Part shown: positions 1 through 13,414 of the stretch, piece after piece
Position numbering within the stretch: position 1 is the stretch's first letter
Layout: each line of letters starts with the position of its first letter
Assembly (NCBI RefSeq): GCF_964204865.1
Contig: NC_135250.1
Span: forward strand, 27,404,001 to 27,468,000
Source: Styela clava
Taxonomy: Eukaryota
Length of the DNA stretch: 64,000 nucleotides
Direction: 5' to 3'
Notes under the pieces: model-generated
Told to the model about the DNA's origin: nothing
Database searches by the model: none
What the model saw: only the letters and a program-made list of their open reading frames with translations
Position numbers and translations under genes: made by a program

Positions 1-529
1 GCCAAATTCAATTACTCAATTTAAAATATAATGATTACGACGACTGTGTATTTAAAGTAAATTTATCAAAGGAGCTGATAAAATCAACATTAATTACCAA
101 AAAAATTCTCTGCTAAAGATTAAGTTAACCCGACTAATCACTCCTCGTCTTCGTGTTATAATTATATTCAGATCTTTACTTTGCACTCACTTGATAAATG
201 AGACGTTAGTAATATCAATATTAATAACAAGGTATTGTAGAACAAACAGCCACAATTTATTGAAAAATAACTTTTTCTAAGCATTTGAAAGATATATTGC
301 AAACTATTATTCAACTGTAAACTGTTTTTTTTTTCTAATCCTTGAATCCCTAAAAACGTCTTGTAAAGGTTTTTCTGTAATGTGAAAGATATAACATAAA
401 AAGTAATTGATTCCATCATTTGTCATTAATTGTTATTCTAATTTTTCATTATCAATTCGAGAGTTTATTTGAATTTTCAAAATCGATTAATTGACAAATT
501 CAATACGAATATATGCGATTGCTACTCAC

Positions 530-3500
530 AATTGTGTTAGTTATTATAAAATGTAGTTCGCAGATAGTGACGGAAGATGGATTATAGGCATGCACAGCCT
601 TATATTGCAACACGAAATTCCCACTTCGAATACTGTTTTCAAGGAGCTCGCGATAATCATCACTACGACGATTGGAACTTACCTGTTAAAAGGCGGGATT
701 TATATTGTGTAATTATCATTATAATAGTTTTGTGCTGGTGAAATTGTTGAAGTGTTACGATAATCACATTTCCATTGATTTTATTTTGAGATCCAGAATT
801 GTAGTCTCAATAATATCAGTGTAATATTTTTTATTTGAATAGGTTGAATAGAAAGTTTTTGAAAAGATCTAAGCAATGAAAATATCTATTGTTCAATATA
901 TTTATGAATTAAATTACTTACCTCAGTCTGAAAATATTCACTATATTTATTATCGTTTGCTATTACGGTTACCATAAGGAAAGGTTGAGTCATTCTTGTA
1001 GATACCGTGTTGTACTTCCAATAAGGTCTAAATAATTTCCAAAGCAGGTTAATATTATAATACATTTTAAACACTACATTTTTTGCACATTTTTGAAGTT
1101 TGTCACCCATTTTACTGAGCCCGTTATGTATGGCCATTCCCTTAATCGTTTGATCAACAACCTTACTCACGGCTTTTTAAAACTTGCTTGCTTTCGTTGA
1201 ATTTGGCAAAATGGCGCTTAAAAGACCCGAGCAAAATTTAAAGTATGCGACCCAATAGATGATAATGTTAAAATTTACATAAGACCAAATGGGCGATCCA
1301 GTTATCAACGATACAATTATTTATTTATTACTATTCGAACCGATGTGATAGTTACAACTTTAGACTTACGAGTTGTGCATGAAACCGTAATTTAGATTAA
1401 TACCCCGTCTTGAGTTTCGAAAGTTGATCTGAAGAAATAAAAGTTAATTTGCTTGTTATACTAATCGATAGGGACTGTGTAATAAGAATGGCATAAACTT
1501 TTTTTGGCCTTTATTTGGCGTACCTTTCGCCAAGATTGTCCAAATACCATTCAGTCATTTTCTAGAATGTTGTGTAATTTTTCTATGATTTCATAATTTT
1601 AAACAAATTTGTTGTAGTCATAGTTACCAATGTTATAGAAAAAACTCTCTATAAAATTTATTTTGAATTATGTACCTGAGGATGAATCAAAAAATGCCAA
1701 CTTGAAAAGAATCTTCCCAATAACGTAATTTATTTGTATGTTTAAACCTTATTCTTTTATATTTTTGCTGTTTAAATAGATATGTCATACATATTTTAAT
1801 TTCATACAAAATATCGCCTTACGAAATTTCCATTTGAATTGTACATTAAGCTGTTTTCTATATTGTTGTTTACATTTCCGCTATGCACATACGAATAAGT
1901 GTACCAGTTCGGAATGATTGCTTGAATGGCTGAAGATTTTTTTTTCAATGCTTGTATGACAGATCGTGATCTTTGCATTGCAAAAAGTTCATCTTTTTCT
2001 GGGTATAATACATTAATATTTTATTTCAAAAAGTTCAAATAAAAATTTATAAAAGTATAATATATCAAAAAAAAACTGTTTCTATTTTTCTTTAATCTAG
2101 GGCCTTCAAATACATTGCAACATTAATAAAAAAAAGTCAAAGTAGGTATAAATATAACTATATATGCACCGCAAGAAACTTTACAATACCAGATTCTATA
2201 ACAAGAGGATATCTTTCAGAGTACAGAGATTGCAGATTTCCACCAGCTTTTTGTAAAAAATGATTTTTTGTTTTGTAACGAAGATGTGCTCGACTTTTTA
2301 ATGATGCGAGTGGGGTGTTAGAAGCAACATGCCATATCATGACATCTTTGGCCTATAAGAGAAATATAAAACTTATTTCTAGGGTTAAAAATTACAAATA
2401 TATGAAACGTTAGCTATTAAAAAAATAATTCAATGATCAATTACAATAATGAAGCCTTTAAGTTTAAAAAATTTCTTTGTGGGACACTCCAAATGCAGCG
2501 ATCATGAATGTAGTCTATCAGCTATTATAAACCAGTTCCTCGACTCTGTGACTTAGTTCAAAATAACACGTAACAACGACTTGGAACAATTCATACAGCA
2601 TCTCATTTCTAATACGTTTACTCACATTCAGCGCATAGTAAGCGGTGTTCTTGTAGTCATCATTTGTACAGTTTCGCACATCTCCGAATATTTTTTTGTT
2701 TTCCCAGTTATTATTTTCTGTAAATAAAAATACTATTCAATTAAAATAATAGATCAATAGAGAAAACAAAAATATTGTTTAGAACTATTTTTTTCAAAAT
2801 ACTATAAAATTAAAAATGATATTAAGTTATGGAAAAAGTTTTCTCAAATGTATTCGATGTATTCAATGATTCTCAAGATGTCTATAATAAGTTTTGTATT
2901 ATAAAGACCTTTGAGTTTGACAATGTACGACACTTTTTTCTATTGTTGGCTACTTTTACATCCTTACTCTCACTACTTGATTTGTAATTTGCCCATCGAT
3001 CTTTGTCGTCACATTTCTTTGTTATGTCTGACTCATGTATGCTAGCAACCAAAGTCCAGCCACCACCGTCTGTTTTCATGTCACAATATGCCTTTTAGAA
3101 AAAACGAGAGAACAATGCTCTAATACAAATGAAGACGAAAGCCGCGCATAGTTTTCTCTAGAGTAGAACTTTAACTGACTACCAATCTTGCCAAAACGAT
3201 TGGAGGAGAAACGTGGGGGAAGAAGTATCTACATGCGGAATGAAAACTTGTTCCCATAAAGTCGATTCGCACATTAGTTACTGCGATAAGCGAATATTCA
3301 CAGCAAAAACCCAATGCCTTGAAAAGCAATAACCATTTATCAAAATGACCAATAGGTTCCACATTTGCTTAATTTTATGAAGCATGCTCAATTCGGAATT
3401 ACAAAATCATCAATTATGTTGAACAAAAGATAATTCTACCTCGATTGCCTCAAATTCGCGTTCTGGTTTGATGTCATAAATTCCACTCTTTCTGATTCCT

Positions 3501-5837
3501 TCTTTCAGTAATTCATTGCAAGAAGATGCTGTAGACATTCTGATATTTGGTGATGATGAAATCTAAAAATAAACCAAATTTTTTTTAATATATTTTCTAT
3601 TGTGTTCGCTTATAAATCTTGCCCCAAATAGAAAAATACGTCGTAGAATGACTGGATAATGAGATTGTTTTTGCTTAGTAAAATGAAGAAGAAAATTATA
3701 AATTACTCCTCCATATTTGAACTTTAGTAACATATCAGGTATCGGGTACTGAATTGCTCTTTTCTATGTATTGGAAATCCCATCGATATATATTTAGAGT
3801 AAACGTTTTCAGGATTCTTTTTTAATATTTGCACCACGTGAATACTGGTTTTTGACACACGTGCAGTTCTATAATCTTAATAACCTTATTCAAAATAGGA
3901 TTACCGCCATGTATAATTATCTGAACTGCGGGAACTAGGCATAGGAATGTACAAAAAATGATGTTTTCCCAAAACATATCAAAGTTTGAACTTTTGGCCA
4001 TGATGTAGATTCTTTTTAGTAAAAGGAAGAATTATCTTAACGACAATGACTACTTTCTAGTGTGTTATATACAAAGGTTGAAGATTCAACCATACTATTG
4101 TATTTAAAATGTGCAAAATGAACGGAAAGTATCTGAACTGTCGCCTACAATATCTTTCTATCATAATTGATTTTCAAGTGTCATGTGTTTCATAACAGCT
4201 TCCGGTGGCCTTATGTGTATATGGTTCAATGAAACAGCATAAGTATATTAATTGGTCCATGTACCCTTTGGCGAATTACCAAAATAAATGAAGGCATTTA
4301 AATAAAAAATTAATTAATTAAAAATAAATAATTAAAATATTTATGCGTCTCATTTAGGCTAGGTCACTGCAAGCATCCCACAAAAACTTTATTGAAATTA
4401 TTTTTGATAATCAATTTATCTTATTTTGCTAATCTATTTTTTTGTAAACAATACAATGAGTAATAGCATTCGATCTTCTAAAAACCTAATTTTAGGATAG
4501 TATATAAAAGGTCATTTGTTAAGAAAACAACTGCGTAAATAATTGTATGTTGAAAATTTTTTGATTAAAGGAATCATCCTTGTTGCATAATATAAAAAAT
4601 GTTTCAAAGCTTAGGCCAGGACACAAATACGATGATGTCCACCACGAATAAAAAATATTTAATTTTCATTAATTAATATCAGTTTTTCAAGAGTTTTATT
4701 TTTTAGTAACACAAATGTAACTCCATAACATTTTAACAAAAATCCACCTATATTTCTGTGCAGCAAGACTGTTAATTGATAAATATTAACTTTTTTTATT
4801 CGAAAACTGCAGTATCATTTTGTAGACGCTCTTTAGCAAATTTGTCACATGACAAAATTTAGCAAAGGTATACGTGATGCAAGAGTCATTTTATTATATA
4901 CACCTATTCATTCTAAACCTTAGTACTCCCTTGCCCCTTTGGTGACCCGGGTATCAATATTAGTCATCGGTATATTACGCTGCAAGGGCAAATAGGATGA
5001 TTAAATTACCGCCGATGCCAACCTGTTTGTATGTTAATCCTTGAATAGATATAATCGTGACCATTGAAAGAACAAAAATGACTCCTGAAACTACTTTTGC
5101 AGCTTTCCACCTTTTACTTGCAACCTTATTTGAAATATCAACTTCTGGTGAAGCAACCAGAGGGATCGGTGTAATCTTTTTTTGATACGTTTTCTGCTCA
5201 AAAGGTTGTGGACTGCGAGGCGGCGGGAGGTCACGTGATCTATCATAAACAGAATGATTTGGTGATTGACTTAAGCTGAGTTGTGCTGGTTGACTTCTTG
5301 ATAGTTGACTCCCGGGCGTGTTGACAACTAAAAAAAAATATTAAGCGTACATAAATATATAATAAAACAATGTTTGAGTATAAAATAGAAGAATATCGTT
5401 TGTTTCTTTTATATATATTTTGGTACGATGATGGGCTATCTATTATTACTTTATATAATGTGCCTAAGTTTATCAAAAAAAAAAAACGATACAGAAGTCT
5501 AGTGTTTTGCAAGTGTAGTATGCACTACGACATTGCTTAAAGTGTACTAAGAATTTCATGAAGTGCAATTTCCAACTAACATAGATAATAAATGGAGAAT
5601 TGTACAAGTTTTTACTTTGCGTACGGTTCACATAACCATAAACACATCGTAATATTGTTATTTCTGAATCTTATTTCCTAAATATATTTATTATATTGCA
5701 CAACTTTATAATGCTTATGTTTTTAAGGCCTATAAACACAAAATATTTAATTTTTTTAGGGCTTACATACCTTTCGATGAGTTTTCATATCTAATTGCAT
5801 CTTCATAAACATTTTCATCTTCATAACTTTGCCACAT
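530..5837 (-). CDS. Intelectin-like fibrinogen-related domain protein with N-terminal cytoplasmic tail and type II TM anchor; 3' end not resolved (may run off the window)
   Basis: Phase-compatible GT-AG exons: 5837-5771 (MWQSYEDENVYEDAIRYENSSK), 5327-5023 (Pro-rich, then KRWKAAKVVSGVIFVLSMVTIISIQGL), 3562-3440 (SSCNELLKEGIRKSGIYDI), 3091-2929 (AYCDMKTDGGGWTLVASIHE..C...DRW), 2717-2626 (NNWENKKIFG....TNDDYKNTAYY), 2352-2190 (AKDVMIWHV...HLRYKTKNHFLQKAGGNLQSLY), 1998-1823, 1428-1370, 1027-922, 682-530. The middle exons carry hallmark intelectin motifs. Joining the two 5' exons to the FReD exons rests on phase compatibility only. Confidence 0.8.
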
Positions 5838-7453
5838 CTTATTTGACTTACAAGATTGCTCGATAAAACTAAGTTTGAGAAAAATCTACAAATTTAAACA
5901 ATATTTATGACAAGGAATATAGACACTAATAATAATATAACTTGTTTCCAATAAATTATGTTAGAATCTGAATAAAATAATACGATTCAATCTAAAATTA
6001 TATTTTTTCGTTTCAATAAACGTTTTTGAGGAAAGTTAGACTTTCCACGTCTGGCATAAATTTTATATCTTTTCCCGATTTAGTAAAAATCGTTGTTTGG
6101 AATTTTTCCAATGTTGTAATGTTACCGTTCCTAAGCATTCACTAATTTAAATTTATTTTTTGTAGTTAACTTTATTTGTATTAAGCTTGCTAATAAGGAG
6201 CCTAACAACATCATATTAATAACCGGCTACATAGACAACTACGTAACCACGATACCCGTTTAAAAATTCACTCGCGAAAATTTAATTCTTTAAACTCATC
6301 TTGAATTTTTAGTTAATACAATTCACACAATTGAAAACTGCATACTGCTTTGTTACTGCTGGCCAAGATCTCAAGAAATGCCATTGTCACTTTATACCCT
6401 TCCGTATGTGGCTGTGGCTTTTTGACATCGAATGTTGTACAATTCAGCAACGTATGCAAGGAAACGTGATAATGTTATGAAGGGTAAAACAAAGTTTATA
6501 ATAAAGCTGATAAATAATATAACCTTAGAGAATGTTATTGTACTATATTGTTTAATAACCACTACCGTCATCTCATTTCCGTTAATCGTTGCTTATTTAA
6601 AAAAAATATTGAAGTCAAATATATATCGTTTATTCATAGTATTTTAGAAGTATCCATACAAAAATACAAAATTAAGCATTTTTAATATTGGGTAACTGCA
6701 TTTACTGAACAACAGTTTAAAAAAAATTATTTATTCAAAAAATAAATATAATTTTCTGATGGACAAAACATATTAAATAATGTCTCATTTATCTTTATGG
6801 TTTCTAGGTGAGCTGTGTTTTCATAACGAGAGAGCAATTTGTATATATATGTTAATAAATTTGTACAAGTATCACAATATACTATTTGTTATGTACTGCT
6901 TTATCGGAGCAACTGAAACAAAAAGTAAAAATTCGCGTTGTGGTACCATTTCCAAAAGTACATAACAACGGACACGAAGGAGTTTGGTTGAAATAGTAAT
7001 ACCACTAGGAGTCTAGTTCAATTAAAATATTTTAATCATTGCCTACAGTTTGAGTGGGTGCAATCTCCTAATTTTAGTAGAAGTTTTCAAAAGAATTATT
7101 CTCAATTGACCAATCCATAGTCTCCGTATTAGACATATAAAGAGTGAAAAATAATTTTAAGAAGACATATCGTCAGATATGATCGAGTCGATGTTTTATT
7201 TTTATTTGAAAAATTTATAAAACCATAGATTAGAAAACACACAGCAGATGGCTGTAATGAGTCACTGCATAAGCCTTGTCGTCGTGAGTGTTGTTGATTG
7301 CTTGGTCTAAAGAATATAATGCTCTACGTGAACGGGACGGCTTGGGGTTTTAGTATCTCTCAACTAGTTTGGGCCTTTGTTTTATTAATGTGTGTATACA
7401 GGGGCAATGAAAAATTAATTTTTTTGTTTGTTTTTTGTTACAGATAAGTAAAT

Positions 7454-8367
7454 ATGAGTACATTGGCTAGAAATGCAAAAGTGGACTTGGAAAAATTTAA
7501 TATAATCTCAATATGTGACCAAGGAAATGAAACAGATATGGAAGACGCAGCTTGGAAAATTTTCAGTGGAGTAAAAGATGCGTCAACTTTGGAAAGGCGG
7601 TCATATCGAGAGAGAATGAAAATTATCGCAACATCTCCAGAAAGTCGGTCACAAAAATACGCAGTCAGTGAGCTTAAATCTCATATTTCAAAAACATCTT
7701 CCGTGGGAAGTCGTATTTCGACAATGATTTTTGCTTACAAGGGTGGAACTCAAATTGTTGAAGAAGCGTTCACTTTTCAATCACTATCAGGAACTTTACT
7801 AGATGAAGGGGAGCAAGAACGGCATATCAGCAAACGCATTCAGCAAATACGTGAATCTACGGTGATCGTCGCGATTGAGGGAAAGAACAACTTACCGGAT
7901 GATTTGGCAAAGGTCTGTGTATAATAATAATATTCTATTGCTAAATACGCTCACAAACTGAAGTGAAAACCAAAAGTTTTCGATTGTTAATGTTGTATGT
8001 TCTTCATTGCGACAAATTAGTAGTACCATGTTTTAAATAGCTAGAATTAATCAACTAGGAAATTTGTTTAAATCACGGTTGTTGAATATGTTTTCGCAAT
8101 GTGATATTTTTTATTCAGATTTCTGTAAATTTGAGAGAGCGTTCAGACGTAGAAGGGTCAGTAGAAGAGCAGACAATAATCGGACCCACCGGGAAAAGCG
8201 CTCATGAGGTCAACTTCAATTTTAACCAAAAAAAAAACCTGAAAAGAAGTTTACTAAATTCTTTGGCAAGTTCTAGCGCGGCCTCATTGAATATAGTTGA
8301 GTTTTTAATCGATACTGGAGCGCTAAAATTTATATTATCTATTCTTGGCATTACATTATCAATTTAA
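7454..8367 (+). CDS. Lipase-like alpha/beta-hydrolase pseudoenzyme 'A' (copy 1), ~235 aa, hydrophobic C-terminal tail
   Basis: Exons 7454-7912 (ends DLAK|GT) and 8119-8367 (cag|ISVNLR). Shares EDAAWxI, IFA-xxxG and AK^IxxNxR..D motifs and the intron position with B and C; AYKGG replaces AHSHG. Confidence 0.85.
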
Positions 8368-9189
8368 AATTATTGATCATGTGGAATATCATCATAAATT
8401 TATATTTCAATTGTATTGAACTAAATTAAATTAATTTATTCGTAGATTTATTGCTCAACACAGATTACTGATATTTTGTTTATAAAAAGCGAGTAGAATA
8501 AAAACAACTACATACTAAGCTAAAATTTAGAACTTTGTTGCCTAAAAACTTGGATTTTATGTGCGGTGCTTTTATTTGGCTAGTATATATTGTTAATAAT
8601 TATATTGGAATATAAAATATTGTTAAAATTTTGTCTTTGTTCATCTTTGATCGTCAAGAAATATGTATTAAAAAACGATACATTCATAAACAAGGAAAAA
8701 AAGATTTTTGTTTGGAGGAGTGACTCTGAGCAACATATGAGGTTTTTGAAAGGAAACAATATCCTGGCCATCTAAAAATGTCCAAATATATAAAATAATC
8801 TTTATCAATTTTTTTTTGGGGGGAGGGGGGAAAAATGCAAGATTATCGGCAAAGGCATAAAGCCCTACACCGTGAGAAAATATGAAACGCTAAGAAAAAA
8901 TTGAATTTGTCGGATTTCCAAACTTTAATGAAATGCCTCGTCGTGTATCCGTGATTTGTTCGGTAAAGTTTTGCATTTTGTGAGGAAATTCTTTTAAAAA
9001 CTAGTCTCATTTCCACTAGTAGAAGTATTAGCCAAAATAGAAAATAGAACCACTGCATGTTGCAATCAACATTAAATTACAAAACATTCACCTAATAAAA
9101 TGATAATTTATTTCATAAAAGTAATCACAAATTGAACTCATACATTTTGAGAGCAGTTTATTTATGTACATTACAAAGCATAGACAAAA

Positions 9190-9870
9190 ACTTTTATTCA
9201 CAAATACCTACAGATCAAACCACAATCCTTTGGCATCGCCTAAAGTGAATTGACCTGATACAAAAGAATTGCTTAGACAATAACAAACGCGAAAGGGATA
9301 TGTTTCCTAATCATAGATTCTTCTCATATATCCAAGAATACATCTCATACGTGTAAGCCATTTTGTTTGTCATTCATATTAATTGCTCATAATAATTCTT
9401 TTACCATGTATAAATATATATATATATATCTTAAAAGAGTTATTACGCAACTCGATATTAGCATTTAGGTGAATTAAACTCACTTTGGACTGAGTTCAGT
9501 AGTAATATCTGACATTAAAAAACTCAAAAATTGTATGTAGTTCTGAATGCCATCAGAAATAAAGTAAAACTACAAAAAAAATGTTAAACTCATAAATTCT
9601 ATTATTTATTAGCGTGAAAAAATACAAGGTACCAAAATAATGCATTGGAATCACCAACTTGAGAATTTTAGACGCTATGACAAAACTGAATCAGTCTGAT
9701 CATTCCTAACTTTAGGGAAGTGCTTTTTTGTGTTTCTGTAATTTGTTCTGCTAAGTCTTGTTCAGCGTGGAAGAATTATATATGAAACAAACTATTTGTA
9801 ATACATCCAGTATATGTAGAATTCAAAAAGTAAAAAACTGTTTTACGTTTGTAATCCACATTTAATTATA
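9190..9870. repeat. ~650-bp local duplication, copy 1 (pairs with ~11050-11700)
   Basis: Shared strings cacaaatacctacaga, caataacaaacgcgaa, atctcatacgtgtaagcc, tgacaaaactgaat, aagtcttgttcag, aagtaaaaaactgttttac in the same order. Confidence 0.8.
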
Positions 9871-10454
9871 AAATATTCTCCTTATGAATTGTTTAATTTA
9901 TTTTAAAATAAAGAATTAAAAATAAATTGGTATCTTATACTTTGGAAACAAATCACATCTGGAATATTTTATAAACAAACTACATATACATTTGGACAAT
10001 GAAATAATTTCAGCATCTTGTGTTATGTGCCGCCCAGACTTCTTCAAGAAATCAAATCTCATACTTTAAGTATGATGTCAAGTCAAAATATTTTATTAAC
10101 AGCTATTTACAAAACACCCCGAAATCTTTTTCACAGCGTAAAATGGTCAAATACATAAAATTGCCAAGATATTGAATATAAATCGTGAAAGAATATGCTT
10201 TCGTAGCTATTCCTCGTTCATTGGCACATACACGCAAGTATTTAAATTCTTTTTTAGTATTTTTTCGTTTTTTATAATAACTGATTTGGTCCAAATGTAT
10301 TTTCACAAATATGTAATGAATAATTTCGTTCAACTCAATATTAGCATGTAGATGAAGAAACTCACTGCAGACTAAGCTCATTAGTAATATTGGACTTGTC
10401 AAAAACCCAAAAGGTGTGTGTAGTCAACAATGACCTAAAAGATTGAATTTCATT

Positions 10455-10660
10455 ATTGAACACGTAGTGGACATAGTAATTGTTTTGTTGTTATGTTGTT
10501 CTTAGTCTTGTTGTTGTTGTTGTTGTTCTTTGACACGTTTTGAAGAAATGGCTTTTCTCTTCGATGACTGAGAAATTTTCAGTGGTTAAAGATAGAATTT
10601 TTCTCCAGAAGGCTATTACTTTTTTTCTCTATGACGTCATCAAATCACGTGGCTCAACGT
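10455..10660. repeat. Dispersed repeat containing (GTT)n; other copies ~23270-23500 and ~56540-56745 (reverse)
   Basis: tgaacacg.agtggacata...gttgttgtt...gaaattttcagtggtt.aagat recurs. Confidence 0.6.
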
Positions 10661-11049
10661 GTCCATGTATTTGAGCGTAGCTCTCTTGTATTTATAACGT
10701 ATAATACGAACTGGAGAAACTGTAAGATTTTCTGCACCAGCATTAGGCACACCACCTTTGAAAATTGCGTGCAAGATACGCTGTATTAGTCTATTCCTCC
10801 CAAACTTTAAGTTCTAAATCAATCATTTGTTTGATTAGAACATATATTTTGTGTGCGGAAGTATTTTTTTTTTGCAGAACCTATATAATTAGTTCGAGAC
10901 GCTTTATGCGCCATAATATTGAGCTCTTGTGATTTGTCGCGGCAAATAAAGCCAACATGTTTAACGAAAATTTCAAATATAAAAACCATGTATTTCATGT
11001 TGTGATCAACGGTTATTTTTGTACGCTACTAAGCATAGTCATCATCTTT

Positions 11050-11700
11050 CACTCACAAATACCTACAGAACGAACCACAATCCTTTGTCATCGCGTAAAG
11101 GGAGTAGACCTAATTCAAAAGAATTGCCTAGACTAAACAATAACAAACGCGAACGTGATAAGTTTCCTTTTCAACGATTCGGCGCATATTCCCAAGAATC
11201 TATCTCATACGTGTAAGCCTTTTTGTTTTCTATTCATATTAATTGCTTCGTTCCCATTTTTGCATCTAGAATTATTTTACCATGTAACATAACCCACTTA
11301 TGAATATATATATATTCAAAGAGTTATTACTTAACTCAATATAAATATTTAGGTGAACAAAACTCACTCTGGACTGATATCAGCAGTAATGTATGACATG
11401 TCGAAAACTTGAAATATTTAGACAGTCTTATATGCCTACGAAAAATGTCAAATACATGAATTTGTCAAGTACATTACATGAAAGGTTTCAAACTAACGCA
11501 GAAAGCTTGCCACCTCGGAGAAAATTTAGCCCGCTCTGACAAAACTGAATTAATCTGATCTTTTCAAATTTCAGAAAAGTTCTCCTTCGTGTTTTCGTGA
11601 TTTGTTCTGCAAAGTCTTGTTCAGTGTGGAAGAATTAAATATCTCCTGTATATGTAGAATTCGGAAAAGTAAAAAACTGTTTTACATTTATGTTCAACAT
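11050..11700. repeat. ~650-bp local duplication, copy 2
   Basis: Collinear with 9190-9870. Confidence 0.8.
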
Positions 11701-12282
11701 TTATTAACAATAAAGTAAAAGTGGAACACTAATTAAAAATTTCATTAAATTCAAGTATAGACCGGACTGAGGCACTTTGGTTCAAATTACACTCCTAGAG
11801 TTAGGTACAATTCGGGAACCAAAAAATTAACCATAGTTCCTATTTTCCATTTTTTTCAAGTTCATATTCAAATTACGAAATAATTGATTTATTTGATAAA
11901 TCTTCCTGAATATTCTACTGCTTATGCCATGGACACTGAATCAATCATGTTTATTATTTTGAACCAAACAAGTGTTTTTGGCTACTGTGATCTTAAACCA
12001 AATTTTGTTTTCATACCAATTTAGAGACGTTTTTATCATTGTTCGTAATTTTATATTCAATTGTGAATTTACGTTAAATTCTTTTTTGCGCCCAAGTATG
12101 GAGCATAGGCTCTTTATCACTGTACTTTAAAACTTTATTTTAAACCAAATAAAACATTGGTAAGCTTATAGTCAAAAATTTAAGTTTCAATCACGTATGT
12201 CTGAGAAGAATTATTTGTCTTGATAATATTTTTTATGAGCAGGAAACCTGATTTTTGGTGGCAATCAGTTCGAATAATTTCT

Positions 12283-13414
12283 TCACGGCTTTTGTGAATA
12301 TATTGGATCACATATTTTGACCCATTCATCATTTTTGTGTTTTTTAATCCAGTGCATATTTTCGGGTTCGTTTTTTGTGGTCGTCTCTGTGCAACCACAC
12401 GGCACAGAATCGCCTTGCAGCCTCAACGTTTTCCAAATGAACCTCGTTATAGCACTATCGCTCGTATAATCAAACAGTAAATGTTTTGTTCCTTCAGTTG
12501 ATGCGGTTTTCAATGTTTTTAATTGAAAGAAGTTTTCAAGTCGGACCGATATTGACTCAGAAGAAGGTCTTGATTGGGACTCCACTTCTCCGTTATGAAA
12601 CTTTATTATTTCTGAGTTTTCACTGCTTCCTCCATACACCTTGTTGCCAAACTTAGATTTTACATCTTGTATAAATCTCAGGTTAAGACATATCTGCAAA
12701 GCAGGTCAATAAATATTTATTAAAAGTTGAATACATCGCAAACTAAATTATTGAACAGTTATTTTTTTGTTCATTTTAGAACAACTTGATTGACCGGATG
12801 CATCTAAGTGGTTCAACTACCTAAAAAAACAAAATGTTTTTGGATGAGTCAGCAAGAATTTGTTACTTCAATATTTTTGAATGTCAAAGATCATGTGCGC
12901 ATTTGTGTTTGAACATGGGAATATCGAAGAAACAAACCTTAGCATAGTCTTTTGGAATTGTGTCGATGCCACCAAAAGTGAAGACTGCTAAATTATCTTT
13001 AATTCGATTGAGTTTATTAGAAAAGTCCACTCCACTTTCATTCAGACGATGTTTGACAAAATAGTAATAAAGTGAATTTTCACCAATTGCCGTTCTAACA
13101 ATTTTAGCTCCATGACTGTGTGCAAAAATAATGCGAGTTATTCCATTTTTACAGTGAGGCATATGGAAAAGAATTTTGTGAATCTTTAACACAATTAACG
13201 TGGGTACTTCTGTCAAACTGCTTGCAGTGTCTACAATTGACTCAACGTCCCTGTAATGATTAATTCTTTTTCTTTCTGAAAAGTTGTGTAATTTTTTACA
13301 TATCTCCCACGCTGCATCTTCAACTTCATTGATATCGGCTCCAAAACCTCCAATTAAATATGCTTTGAATCCTTTCTGGCAAACTTCTATAACATTGTAA
13401 GTTTCATCAGCCAT
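12283..13414 (-). CDS. Lipase-like alpha/beta-hydrolase 'B' (copy 1), ~295 aa
   Basis: Exons 13414-12938 (LIGGFG, IIFAHSHGA, VFTFGG, KDYAK|GT) and 12693-12283 (cag|ICLNLRFIQD...KHLLFDY). Nucleophile-elbow Ser followed by candidate Asp and His in canonical order. Confidence 0.88.

Noticed and set aside
191-284. Possible signal-peptide exon (MLRKSYFSINCGCLFYNTLLLILILLTSHLS|gtgag) of another minus-strand gene
   Set aside because: Plausible but unsupported within the window; its relation to the intelectin gene cannot be resolved.
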